DNA of 64,000 nucleotides from Verrucomicrobiota bacterium (GTDB lineage Bacteria; Verrucomicrobiota; Verrucomicrobiia; Chthoniobacterales; UBA10450): positions 9,113 to 73,112 of the forward strand of contig JBEEHT010000044.1 in NCBI GenBank assembly GCA_041167545.1. The letters run 5' to 3'. The notes under the pieces were generated by a model. It was not told the DNA's origin. It did not search any database and was given only the letters and a program-made list of their open reading frames with translations. The number at the start of each line of letters is the position of its first letter. The first letter of the stretch is position 1. The translations under genes and the position numbers were made by a program. Shown here piece after piece: positions 1 through 9,242 of the stretch.

Positions 1-316
1 GAGAATGATGGGAGCGAACTGTATGAATGACCCGCGCGCCATGGTGCAACTATTGCAAGGTGTGCCGGCGGAAAATATCCTCGCCGCCTATCCTACGGCC
101 GGCGCTCCAGAGTATCGTGACGGGCGCTTTATTTATCCTGCGGCGCCGGTTGATTTCGCGCAGTCCGCCCGCGAGATGGTGGCCGAAGGCGCGCGATTGA
201 TCGGCGGCTGTTGCGGGACAAACCCGGAACACATCGCTGCGATCGCGGCCGCGATCGCAGATCTGGGGCCGGTTCTCGCCAAACCGGTCCATGTTGTTAC
301 GGAGCTCTCGCCCTAA
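1..316 (+). CDS. 3' end of a homocysteine S-methyltransferase-domain protein; the gene continues upstream of the window
   Basis: The reading frame is open to the window edge. The C-terminal 'RLIGGCCGTNPEHIAAI' matches the Zn-binding GGCCG motif of Hcy-binding domains (MetH/MmuM type). Confidence 0.6.
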   Translation, partial: RMMGANCMNDPRAMVQLLQGVPAENILAAYPTAGAPEYRDGRFIYPAAPVDFAQSAREMVAEGARLIGGCCGTNPEHIAAIAAAIADLGPVLAKPVHVVTELSP

Positions 317-391
317 GACTTGAACTTTGTCCAGGCGCCGGTCTGATCAGGCGCTTCTCGCGATAAGAGACAACCTTGGCGTTAACCGAAT

Positions 392-1207
392 TTGCGCGCG
401 GCGTTTGCAGCGGTGAGTGTTGCGCGCATGGTCCAGATTCGCCGCGCTATTCTTGTCCAGTTAGGCGGGCTGCTCGTTGTTGCAGTCGGGCTATTTTTTC
501 TATCGCGGCTTTTTCCCGTCGTCGATATTTTGGCCGACGTCCAGCAACGCGTCATGCGGTGGGGCGCCTGGAGCGCGATTTGTTATCCAGTCCTATACGC
601 CTGCTGCAACGTGCTCCTGTTGCCCGGCGGCGTGCTGAGTATCGGAGCCGGTTTTTTCTTTGGGTTATGGTGGGGTTTTCTCATCGCTCTTTTAGGAAAT
701 GTTTCCGGGGCAGCGATATCTTTTTTCATCAGCCGGTGGATCGGCCGTCAGTGGCTGAGGAGAAAATTGCTTCGAAATGCGACGCTGGTTGCATTGGAGC
801 CTGCGGTCGAAAGAGAGGGATGGAAGATCATTTTGCTCAGCCAACTCCATCCGTTGTTTCCGACCAGCCTCTTGAACTATCTCTACGGCCTTACACGAAT
901 TCGATTTCGGACCTGTATGATTTGGGTCGCAATCGGACAGGCACCGGGTCTTTTCTTGTATTCTTATCTCGGGACGCTTGGCCAGTTGGGGTTGAACTTG
1001 GCCCGAGGCAAGACTCATCCGCGGGCGGCTGAGTATCTGATATGGCTCGGCGGATTTGCTACTGCCGCCGTCGTTCTTGTTTTGTTGGGGAGGATAGCGT
1101 TACGCCTGCTACAGCAAGCACAGCGGGACGCCGTGGCGGAAGAGATGGACTCAGGCGAAGCAGTCATGGCGGTAACGCAGGATACAGTTACGATTAAGCA
1201 TTTGTAA
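392..1207 (+). CDS. TVP38/TMEM64 (DedA/SNARE-associated-like) membrane protein
   Basis: Multi-TM protein with 'VLLLPGGVLSIGAGFFFGLWWGF' and 'LLSQLHPLFPTSLLNYLYGLT', typical of the TVP38/TMEM64 family. The start could be the internal Met at 428. Confidence 0.65.
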   Translation: MRAAFAAVSVARMVQIRRAILVQLGGLLVVAVGLFFLSRLFPVVDILADVQQRVMRWGAWSAICYPVLYACCNVLLLPGGVLSIGAGFFFGLWWGFLIALLGNVSGAAISFFISRWIGRQWLRRKLLRNATLVALEPAVEREGWKIILLSQLHPLFPTSLLNYLYGLTRIRFRTCMIWVAIGQAPGLFLYSYLGTLGQLGLNLARGKTHPRAAEYLIWLGGFATAAVVLVLLGRIALRLLQQAQRDAVAEEMDSGEAVMAVTQDTVTIKHL

Positions 1208-1256
1208 ATGAGCAGACTACATTTATTAATTCCCGCTGACAGTTCCACGTAGAACC

Positions 1257-3134
1257 ATGGTCCGCCTCTCAAAAAAATATGATGTTGCGGTGATCGGGAG
1301 CGGGCATGCCGGAGTGGAAGCGGCCCTTGCCTCTGCTCGGCTCGGATGCTCCACCCTGCTGTTGACTCAGAATCTCGACACCGTGGCACAAATGTCCTGT
1401 AATCCGGCAATTGGTGGTTTGGGGAAAGGCCATATAGTAAGAGAAATCGACGCTTTGGGTGGGGCGATGGGTCAGAATGCGGACGCGACAGGAATCCAAT
1501 TCCGCATGCTCAATCGCACCAAAGGACCAAGTGTCCGGGCACCGCGAGTCCAATGCGATAAGAAGGCGTACCAATTCCGGATGAAGGCGCATCTCGAGCG
1601 GACCCCGGGAATCGACATGGTCCAAGGGACCGTTTCGCGAATTCTACGTTGCGATGGGGGTAGAGTTACGGGCGTAGAGACTGACATCGGCATGCATTTC
1701 GCCGTTGGTGCAGCAGTGGTGACGTCCGGTACCTTCTTGCGGGGGTTGCTTCACGTGGGGGCTAGTTCACGGCCTGGCGGTAGGATGGCCGACGCACCCT
1801 CGATTCTGAGCGAGTGTCTCCTGAAGATGGGATTTAAAGCCGGACGCTTCAAGACCGGCACGCCTTGCCGAATCAGCCGGCGATCCATCGATTTCAATCG
1901 CTGCGAGAAGCAGATCGGCGACGAACCGCCGCAGCGATTCAGTTTCTTGCCACAAGGCGATTGGAATCCCAACGATATTTTTACTTTGAATCACGAGCCG
2001 TTCCACGTGGAACAGTTGCCTTGCTGGATAACCTACACAAGCCGCCAGACCCATGATATCATTAGAAGTAACCTCCACCTTTCCGCGCTTTATTCGGGAC
2101 GCATCCAAGGCACGGGGCCGCGGTACTGTCCCTCTATTGAGGACAAGGTAGTCAAGTTCGCCGACAAAGCGGCACACCAAGTATTCCTGGAGCCAGAAGG
2201 ACGACATACCGAGGAATTCTATGTCAACGGGTTGTCAACGAGCCTTCCCTACGACGTACAGCTCGAATTTATTCGTTCGATCCCGGGTCTCGCTCGCGCC
2301 GAGTTGATGCGACCGGGATATGCCGTCGAATATGATTATTTTCCACCCACTCAACTCCTCCCGAGCCTCGAAACAAAGTTGGTGGAAGGCCTCTATTTTG
2401 CGGGACAAGTCAACGGCACTTCTGGCTATGAAGAGGCTGCTGCCCAAGGTCTTATAGCTGGAGCAAATGCTGCGCTGAAAGTCCTGCAGCGACCTCCTTT
2501 GCTCATTAATCGAGCGGAAGCCTACATCGGTGTGATGATAGATGATCTGACAACAAACGGAACAGACGAACCGTACCGGATGTTTACGAGCCGCGCCGAG
2601 GAGCGCCTTTCCTTGCGCCAGGATAATGCGGATCAACGGTTGACTCGAAAGGGTTTCCAGGCTGGCTTGGTCGGCGCCGGCCGGAACGCGGTTTTTTCCG
2701 AAAAGATGCACCGATTGGAACAATTGCGGCGATCGACCAATGAATTGAGAATCGGCGGCAAACCTGTCGCAGCGGTCCTGAAAATGCCCGAGTTTAGATT
2801 GGATTTGCTGCCCTCAGAAATTCGGAGCTTGGCGCCTCCCGAGTTGTGGGGGTTGGTCGAGACGGATCTCAAATACGAGGGATATGTCCAGCGGCAAGCG
2901 ATCCAAAACGCAAAGGTGTCGCGCGACCATGGCCGCCGGATTCCAGTAGAGATTAACTATGAGTTGATTTCGGGTTTGCGTCTTGAAACACGACAAAAGC
3001 TGGCAACCATCCGCCCATCTTCCATCGGGCAGGCAGCGCAAATATCCGGCATCACCCCGGCGGACATCTCGATCATATCAATTTGGCTGCGAAAGAATCG
3101 CTTGGGCAGCGCAGTTGTTGAGCCATTTAGTTGA
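1257..3134 (+). CDS. mnmG: tRNA uridine 5-carboxymethylaminomethyl modification enzyme MnmG (GidA)
   Basis: 625 aa. N-terminal FAD fold 'YDVAVIGSGHAGVEAALASARLG', plus 'NPAIGGLGKGHIVREIDALGG', 'GPRYCPSIEDKV' and 'GQVNGTSGYEEAAAQGL'. Confidence 0.95.
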   Translation: MVRLSKKYDVAVIGSGHAGVEAALASARLGCSTLLLTQNLDTVAQMSCNPAIGGLGKGHIVREIDALGGAMGQNADATGIQFRMLNRTKGPSVRAPRVQCDKKAYQFRMKAHLERTPGIDMVQGTVSRILRCDGGRVTGVETDIGMHFAVGAAVVTSGTFLRGLLHVGASSRPGGRMADAPSILSECLLKMGFKAGRFKTGTPCRISRRSIDFNRCEKQIGDEPPQRFSFLPQGDWNPNDIFTLNHEPFHVEQLPCWITYTSRQTHDIIRSNLHLSALYSGRIQGTGPRYCPSIEDKVVKFADKAAHQVFLEPEGRHTEEFYVNGLSTSLPYDVQLEFIRSIPGLARAELMRPGYAVEYDYFPPTQLLPSLETKLVEGLYFAGQVNGTSGYEEAAAQGLIAGANAALKVLQRPPLLINRAEAYIGVMIDDLTTNGTDEPYRMFTSRAEERLSLRQDNADQRLTRKGFQAGLVGAGRNAVFSEKMHRLEQLRRSTNELRIGGKPVAAVLKMPEFRLDLLPSEIRSLAPPELWGLVETDLKYEGYVQRQAIQNAKVSRDHGRRIPVEINYELISGLRLETRQKLATIRPSSIGQAAQISGITPADISIISIWLRKNRLGSAVVEPFS

Positions 3135-3145
3135 GCGAATAAACT

Positions 3146-3775
3146 GTGTTGGCGCTTGCCTTAGCTGTTTGTTTTCTTGGTTACCTGTTCGGATCTTTTC
3201 CGATGGGGTATTTCGCCGGCCGACTTTCTGGCGTTGATATTCGTGCTGTCGGGAGCGGCAATATTGGTGCCACAAATGTTCTGCGCGTCCTAGGAAAACG
3301 CTGGGGCTACACGGTATTTTTCGTGGATGCCTTCAAGGGCTTTGCGGCTGTTCGCCTAGCCTTTTTCATTGCGAGGCATATTCAGAATCCGCCTCAGCAT
3401 CCGGAATATTTTGCCATCCTCGCGGCAATGCTGTGCATCGTGGGCCACACGTTTCCGATCTGGCTTCGATTCAAAGGTGGCAAAGGGGTTGCGACTTCCG
3501 CCGGCGCGCTCTTTGGCCTCATGCCGATGTTGGTCCCGTTCATTGTCATCATTTGGATTATCGTCTTCGAGACCACGCGCTTCGTGTCGGTAGCGTCGAT
3601 TATCGCGTCAGTTTCATTGCCCGTAGCGGTCTGGCTATTCCTGAGATGGGGATATCTCGAAGGCATGGCCCTTCTCTATTTCTCATTCGCAATCGCGATC
3701 CTCGTCCTGTGGAGACATCGTTCGAATTTTTCTCGTCTTCTCAACGGAACGGAACAACGCTTCAGCCGTAAATGA
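3146..3775 (+). CDS. plsY: glycerol-3-phosphate acyltransferase PlsY
   Basis: 209-aa membrane protein with 'GSGNIGATNVLRVLGK' and 'FKGGKGVATSAG'. GTG start. Its stop overlaps the gpsA start (ATGA). Confidence 0.9.
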   Translation: MLALALAVCFLGYLFGSFPMGYFAGRLSGVDIRAVGSGNIGATNVLRVLGKRWGYTVFFVDAFKGFAAVRLAFFIARHIQNPPQHPEYFAILAAMLCIVGHTFPIWLRFKGGKGVATSAGALFGLMPMLVPFIVIIWIIVFETTRFVSVASIIASVSLPVAVWLFLRWGYLEGMALLYFSFAIAILVLWRHRSNFSRLLNGTEQRFSRK

Positions 3776-4773
3776 GTATTCGACGCACCGCGATCCTCGG
3801 AGCAGGAGGCTGGGGCACCGCTCTCGCCGTGCTTTGGTCGAAACAAGGAAATGACATCATCCTATGGGGAAACGATCCCGGTCGCGCTGAGAGCATTCGC
3901 GCGACACGCGACAACCGCGAGTATTTGCCCGGCGTAAAAGTTCCCGACGCGGTCAAGGTCACGAGCAACATCGCGGACTGCGCTGACGCGGACCTGATAG
4001 TTTTCATCACGCCTTCCATCGCGTTGCGCACAGTTGCCACGCGTCTTCGCGCGGCACTTTCCGATTCGAACGCCGTGCTCTTGAGCGGCACCAAAGGAAT
4101 CGAACACGGCACGGGATTGCGCATGAGCGAAATCCTGGAGCAAATTTTTCCACAGAACACCATCGCCGTCTTATCCGGCCCGAACCTTGCGATCGAAGTT
4201 TCGCGGGATCTTCCCACCGCAACTGTGCTTGGCTGCCGGGTTCCGGAATGCGCCGAGGAGCTTCAACGGCATCTTGGCAGCGAACGTTTTCGCATTTATT
4301 CGAGCGATGAAACGATTGGCATCGAACTGGGCGGCGCTCTCAAGAACGTATTCGCGATTGCGGCCGGAATCAGCGACGGCTTCGGCTTGGGCGACAATTC
4401 AAAAGCCGCGCTCGTGACCCGTTCGCTCGCGGAGCTCCTCAGACTGGGAACAGCGATGGGCGGGAATCCGAAAACGTTTTACGGCCTCAGCGGCGCCGGG
4501 GATTTGATAGCGACCTGTTTCAGCCAGCACAGCCGGAATCGACGGGTCGGGGAAAAACTCGGGAGCGGCCAGACACTCGAGCAAATCCGCGCCGGCACGC
4601 ATATGGTGGCCGAAGGAATCCCGACGACCGAAAGCGCGTATGAATGCGCGAGAAAACTAAATATCGAAACGCCGATCATCGATCAGATCTACTCCATTCT
4701 CTACGAGGCGAAGCGGCCCGACCAGGCGATGCAGGAACTTCTCGCGCGCGATCAAAAAGCGGAGCGCGCCTGA
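3772..4773 (+). CDS. gpsA: NAD(P)H-dependent glycerol-3-phosphate dehydrogenase GpsA
   Basis: N-terminal 'ILGAGGWGTALA', plus 'GALKNVFAIAAGISDG' and 'VAEGIPT'. Classical plsY-gpsA neighbourhood. Confidence 0.9.
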   Translation: MSIRRTAILGAGGWGTALAVLWSKQGNDIILWGNDPGRAESIRATRDNREYLPGVKVPDAVKVTSNIADCADADLIVFITPSIALRTVATRLRAALSDSNAVLLSGTKGIEHGTGLRMSEILEQIFPQNTIAVLSGPNLAIEVSRDLPTATVLGCRVPECAEELQRHLGSERFRIYSSDETIGIELGGALKNVFAIAAGISDGFGLGDNSKAALVTRSLAELLRLGTAMGGNPKTFYGLSGAGDLIATCFSQHSRNRRVGEKLGSGQTLEQIRAGTHMVAEGIPTTESAYECARKLNIETPIIDQIYSILYEAKRPDQAMQELLARDQKAERA

Positions 4774-4785
4774 GGCTTCGCGACT

Positions 4786-5364
4786 TTATCCTGCGGCAAA
4801 TCGCGCAATGATCTCCGGATAGAGCGCGCGCTCGGCGATCTGGATGCGTGCGTGCAGCGATTCCGGCGTGTCGCCCGGCACGATCGGAACTTTCCGCTGC
4901 GCGATGATTTCGCCGCTGTCGATTCCGGCATCAACATAATGGACCGTGCAGCCGGTGGCCTGTTCGCCTGCGTCCAGCGCTTGTTTCCACGCTTCGACGC
5001 CGGGAAATTTTGGGAGCAACGATGGATGGAGATTGATGATCCGGCGAGAAAACGCTTCGAGCATCGGCTCCTTCAGCACGCGCATGAAACCAGCCAGGAC
5101 GACGAGTTCGACGCCCGCATCATTTAGCAGTTTAACTAACTCCATTTCGACGATCGGCTCGAGCCGCGTGCGGAATTTCCCGGGCGGCAGATAGACATTC
5201 GGAATGCCGAACTCGCGCGCGATATCCAGGATGCCGGCGGCGAACACATCCGACACGATCAACTTCACTGAGGCTGCGAGTTTGCCCGCGCGTATCTGTT
5301 CGAGAATCGCACGACAATTACTTCCCTTGCCCGAACCGAGAATTCCCAGGGCCAGCGCGCTCAT
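4786..5364 (-). CDS. purN: phosphoribosylglycinamide formyltransferase PurN
   Basis: From the internal Met: 'LGILGSGKGSNCRAIL', 'INLHPSLLPKFPG', 'GCTVHYVDAGIDSGEII'. The longer ORF to 5589 overlaps the upstream gene, so the start is placed at 5364 (ATGA overlap). Confidence 0.85.
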   Translation of the reverse strand: MSALALGILGSGKGSNCRAILEQIRAGKLAASVKLIVSDVFAAGILDIAREFGIPNVYLPPGKFRTRLEPIVEMELVKLLNDAGVELVVLAGFMRVLKEPMLEAFSRRIINLHPSLLPKFPGVEAWKQALDAGEQATGCTVHYVDAGIDSGEIIAQRKVPIVPGDTPESLHARIQIAERALYPEIIARFAAG

Positions 5365-5849
5365 TCGTCCGAATGTGTTCTCATTCGTTCGATCAGAGCG
5401 GAAGTCGATTGTCCTTTCTCGAAGGGGAGGATCCGAACCTCGGCCCCCATGTTCTCCAAGGCCGCACGTTCTGCGGAGTCCAATGTCTCGGGCGTATAGT
5501 CGCCGCCTTTCACATAAATCGAAGGACGCACCGTTTCGAGCAATCGAGTCGCGCGCATCTCCGGAAATACGACGACATGATCGACGCACTCGAGCGCAGC
5601 GACGATTTCGGCGCGGTCCGCCTCCGGGTTCAGCGGCCGGCCTTCACCTTTGAGCGCGCGCACCGATTGATCGCCGTTGATCGCCACCGCGAGCGCGTCA
5701 CCCAAGGCGCGTGCCGCCTGCAGATAACGGATATGCCCCAGGTGCAACAAATCGAAACAGCCGTTCGTGAGGACAAGCTTGCGACCTTCCGCACGCATCT
5801 TTTTTTGGATTGCGGCCAGCTCTTCCGCTGTGACGATTTTTTTGCTCAT
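5361..5849 (-). CDS. cytidylyltransferase-family protein, RfaE domain II-like (D-beta-D-heptose 1-phosphate adenylyltransferase-like)
   Basis: 162 aa with 'LVLTNGCFDLLHLGHIRYLQAA' (HxGH nucleotidyltransferase motif) and 'VKGGDY'. Confidence 0.75.
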   Translation of the reverse strand: MSKKIVTAEELAAIQKKMRAEGRKLVLTNGCFDLLHLGHIRYLQAARALGDALAVAINGDQSVRALKGEGRPLNPEADRAEIVAALECVDHVVVFPEMRATRLLETVRPSIYVKGGDYTPETLDSAERAALENMGAEVRILPFEKGQSTSALIERMRTHSDE

Positions 5850-6751
5850 GACTTCGGCACCACGAAACGTAACGCGCGCGGCAGGATTTCAAAACGCGCC
5901 GGTTCATTGCCGACAAGTTCGCCGTCCACGTTAAACCACATGCCAGGCTTGGAATTCACCGTGAGTTTGGCGGCCCGGCGAAAAACGATCGCTTCGCTCG
6001 AAAGGTGCGCGCCCAGCGCGACCTGCGCCGCCAGTAACGCCAATTCCGGCGCGGATCGCTCCTGGATCAAAATGATGTCCAGCAGGCCATCATCGAGCGA
6101 GGCCTCGGGCGCGATCAATCTTCCGCCGGCAACGTAGCGGCCGTTTGCGATGATGACGTTGTAGAGTTGGAGCGTCAACGACTCCGTCTCATCGAACGCG
6201 AGCGTGGTTCGGTATGCGCGCAGTTCCGGCAGCGCCGCCGCCGCGCTGCGCAAATACGCCAAGGGCCCCCAGGTTCTCTTCATCTCCGGCGTCAGCTTTT
6301 CGTCTACCAGGCCGCTGAACCCGCCAGCCGAGACATTCACAAAATGGCGGACCTCGTCGCTCGTTACCCGCACCAGATCGATCGCGCGCGTTTGGCCGGC
6401 GCGAAGCACATCGAGCGCTTCGTCCAAATCGGTCGGCAGCCCAAGCGTGCGCGCAAAGTCATTGCCCGTCCCGAGGGGTATCAATCCCACGGACGTTTCA
6501 CCGGCCTTCTCCCGAATCCCATTGACCACCTCGTTGAGCGTGCCGTCACCGCCCGCGGCGACGATCATTTTGCATCCGTTGCGCAGGGCCGTGCGCGCCA
6601 GCCTGGCCGCCGACCCGGCCTTTGTTGTTACGTGAATCTCTGCCCGCGGAAGGCGAGCGATTCGCTCCACCAGATTGTCGAGCTCACGGATTGAGCCAGC
6701 GCAAGGATTTAGAATTACGCAGATTTCGCCTATTTTTTTAGAGTAAGACAC
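5846..6751 (-). CDS. diacylglycerol/lipid kinase family protein (YegS/DAGK catalytic domain)
   Basis: 'ILNPCAGS', 'VAAGGDGTLNEVVNG' and 'LGLIPLGTGNDFAR' are hallmark DAGK_cat motifs. 4-nt overlap with the downstream gene. Confidence 0.8.
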   Translation of the reverse strand: MSYSKKIGEICVILNPCAGSIRELDNLVERIARLPRAEIHVTTKAGSAARLARTALRNGCKMIVAAGGDGTLNEVVNGIREKAGETSVGLIPLGTGNDFARTLGLPTDLDEALDVLRAGQTRAIDLVRVTSDEVRHFVNVSAGGFSGLVDEKLTPEMKRTWGPLAYLRSAAAALPELRAYRTTLAFDETESLTLQLYNVIIANGRYVAGGRLIAPEASLDDGLLDIILIQERSAPELALLAAQVALGAHLSSEAIVFRRAAKLTVNSKPGMWFNVDGELVGNEPARFEILPRALRFVVPKS

Positions 6752-6766
6752 AAACAGCCGGGGCCA

Positions 6767-9211
6767 CTAGAGCGCATTCTTGGTTTGCAGTTCGGCGAGG
6801 AACGCGGCGTATTTCTGGGTCGCGGGATGGTTCGGGCCGAGCGCTTTGCGGGCAGATTCGGCGGCGCGGCGCGCGAGTTCTACGGCTTCGCGACCTTTTC
6901 CCTGGCGCGCAAGGTTCCCGGCGAGATCATAACAGGCATCGAGCGTCTCGGCGTGGTCGGCGCCGCGCAGTTTTTCGGCGAGCTTAAGAACTTCGCGATA
7001 TTCAGGTTCAGCGGCAGCATAGATACCCTGGTTAAAGAGGGCGTTAGCCAGGCCGCGGTGGCTTCGTAGCAGCAGGACATGTTCGGATCCGAGCGCTTTT
7101 TCTTCGACGCTGATAAGCTCGCGAAACATTTTTTCGGCTTCGAAGTAGTTCTTATCGCCCATGAGAGCGTTAGCGAGACTGTTGCGGTTAACGAGAGTAT
7201 TTGGGTGCTCCGGACCAAGCACCTTTTCTTCCAGGGCAATGACCTCTCGGTATTGAGTTGCAGCCTCGGTGTGTTTGCCTTGGGCTTGAAGCGCGTTAGC
7301 CAGACCTGACCGGCCCGAGAGAGTGTCCGGATGCTCCGGTCCCAACACCTTTTCTTCCACGGTAATGAGATCACGAAGGTCGGTCTCTGCTTCGGTAAAT
7401 TTTCCCTCGCTCAAGAGGGCCCGGTCGAGGCGAAGACGACTGATGAGAGTATCGGGATGCTGCGGACCAAGCACGCGTTCTTCAAGCCGGATAACATCAC
7501 GAAGGTTCAACTCGGCTTCGGCATACTTACCTTGATGATCGAGCGCATAGGCCAGACTGCTGCGGCTCCTGAGTGTATCAGGGTGCTCAGGACCCAGCAC
7601 CTTGTTCTCAAGGTCGACAACCTCACGATACTCACTCACGGCTTCGGCATGCTTACCCTGTCGATCAAGAGTTAGCGCGATATTGTTGCGGGTCCTGAGC
7701 GTATCGGGATGTTCCGGGCCAAGCACTTTCTCTCTGATGGCCAGAATGCGGCGGTGCTCCGCTTCGGCTTCGGCAGGTTTGCCTCCATTATCAAGCGCAA
7801 TGGCAAGGCCGTTTCTGCTTAGGAGGGTATCGGGATGGTCCGGGCCGAAGATTCTTTCTTCCAAGGTGACGATTCCACGGAAGCCGGCGATGGCCTCATT
7901 ATACTTGCCCTGGCGATACTGTGCGTATGCGACACGAGTGCGGCTCCTAAGAGTATCAGCGTGCTCGCCGCCAAGAGTTCGTTCCCGGGTTTCCACAACC
8001 GCGCGCAAAACATCTTCAGCGTCGCGGTAGGCGCCTTGCTCAATAAGCAGATCGCCGATCGCATGCTGCACTACGGCCCATTGGGCTGGGTTGCTTTGGC
8101 GATTTGTTAGCTTCTCCGCGGCGCGGAAATGCTCCATAGCTGTCTTGAACTGGATTCGTTTTTGCGCAGAGAAGCCCGCCAGCTCCAAGGCCTGAACGAC
8201 CTCAACTGGTTTAGGTGGGCTGGCCTTTTGTGCGTCATCCGCTGCCTGCACTGCGAGACGTTCCGCTTCGACGTAATCCTTGGCGACATAGGCAGCGTTG
8301 GCGCGTTCGTAGTTGGAAGCATCCGGGGAGCGCTTCAAATCAGCTGCCAGTTGTGGAAGCTTATCCCGCAAGACCTTGGGATCGACCCCGAGTTGCTTAC
8401 CCAATTCCGCATAGACCCGTTCCTGGAGAGAGGCAGGATCTTCTTCCGCCTGCGATTGGCGCACCTGGGCTTCCACTTTGGGATAGTTCAGGATGCCTTC
8501 GCGCAGCTTGGTGACCTCCTGGGTCATCGCCACCACGGCATGCTCAGTCTCAGCCACGCGCTGGGTCGTTTGATGCTGGCTCCGCAAAAGCCACAGACCA
8601 AGGCCGACACTAATCAAAAGAAGAATGGCTACGCCGGCGGCCCACTGTTTCACGCCGCGGCGCAGGCGGACCAGATCGTCGCGCAGCTTCAGCACACTCG
8701 CTTCCAAACCTTCTTTGCTGGTGAGCGGATGGAAAAGATGAGCGTCCGATTGCAAGCGCTGGCGATAAGCTGCCTGAAGCGCGCGCAACTCCTCCGGCTC
8801 GCCCTCGCATACATCGACGGGAAACGTTTCGTCGATGAAAAGGTACCAAACTTTCTTGCCCCGTTGCCGGGCGTAGAGCGCCTCGTATTGGGTATAACTT
8901 ACCCGGCCAAATTGTGGATCAGGTTCGGGTGGCTCGGCGCCGTAGCAATTGCCGACGATCTGGAGCACGCCTTTGCATTGGTTGATCTGCTGGCGCAGCA
9001 TCGCGCGCAGGTCGCCGGTTTCAGTCCCGAAAATTTCCTGCCAGACAGGCTGGTACCCGAGAAAAGTGAGCGTGTTCGCCGCGAGCTGCCGGCCGCTCCT
9101 TAATTCGCGGCTGACGGCGGAAATGAAAATAAGCGGGAGCGAGGCCACGGCAGGTAATACCAATTTAGTTACAGTCTGGCAAGGCCTGTGGCGCGCGTAT
9201 TTTCTTGCCAT
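6767..9211 (-). CDS. DUF4062/TIR-like N-terminal domain, single TM, coiled coil and about 10 TPR (TPR_10/12-type) repeats
   Basis: N-terminus 'IFISAVSRELRSGRQ...QEIF...CKGVLQIVGNCYGAEP...VSYTQYEALYARQRGKKVWYLFIDE'. TM 'WAAGVAILLLISVGLGLWLL'. Repeated 'VLGPEHPDTLxSR..LA.AL..QGK..EAE'. The start is uncertain: ATG at 9211 or 9256. The latter overlaps the divergent gene starting at 9243. Confidence 0.7.
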   Translation of the reverse strand: MARKYARHRPCQTVTKLVLPAVASLPLIFISAVSRELRSGRQLAANTLTFLGYQPVWQEIFGTETGDLRAMLRQQINQCKGVLQIVGNCYGAEPPEPDPQFGRVSYTQYEALYARQRGKKVWYLFIDETFPVDVCEGEPEELRALQAAYRQRLQSDAHLFHPLTSKEGLEASVLKLRDDLVRLRRGVKQWAAGVAILLLISVGLGLWLLRSQHQTTQRVAETEHAVVAMTQEVTKLREGILNYPKVEAQVRQSQAEEDPASLQERVYAELGKQLGVDPKVLRDKLPQLAADLKRSPDASNYERANAAYVAKDYVEAERLAVQAADDAQKASPPKPVEVVQALELAGFSAQKRIQFKTAMEHFRAAEKLTNRQSNPAQWAVVQHAIGDLLIEQGAYRDAEDVLRAVVETRERTLGGEHADTLRSRTRVAYAQYRQGKYNEAIAGFRGIVTLEERIFGPDHPDTLLSRNGLAIALDNGGKPAEAEAEHRRILAIREKVLGPEHPDTLRTRNNIALTLDRQGKHAEAVSEYREVVDLENKVLGPEHPDTLRSRSSLAYALDHQGKYAEAELNLRDVIRLEERVLGPQHPDTLISRLRLDRALLSEGKFTEAETDLRDLITVEEKVLGPEHPDTLSGRSGLANALQAQGKHTEAATQYREVIALEEKVLGPEHPNTLVNRNSLANALMGDKNYFEAEKMFRELISVEEKALGSEHVLLLRSHRGLANALFNQGIYAAAEPEYREVLKLAEKLRGADHAETLDACYDLAGNLARQGKGREAVELARRAAESARKALGPNHPATQKYAAFLAELQTKNAL
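6800..8030 (-). repeat. tandem 126-bp (42-codon) coding repeats, the TPR array
   Basis: About 10 consecutive units each encoding '(E/R)(K/R)VLGPEHPDTL'. The DNA-level similarity between units is visible. Confidence 0.6.
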
Positions 9212-9242
9212 GCGATGGCGCGCCGCGTACAAGGCACCTACG

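Noticed and set aside
5365-5589. An N-terminal 75-aa extension of purN in the ORF track.
   Set aside because: The extension lies inside the RfaE-II-like gene in another frame and is Arg-rich. The PurN homology begins at the internal Met at 5364, which forms an ATGA overlap with the upstream stop.
6800-8030. Regular 126-bp periodic repeats that might be mistaken for a CRISPR-like or satellite array.
   Set aside because: The units are contiguous, with no spacers. They are in frame within one long ORF and encode canonical TPR helices.
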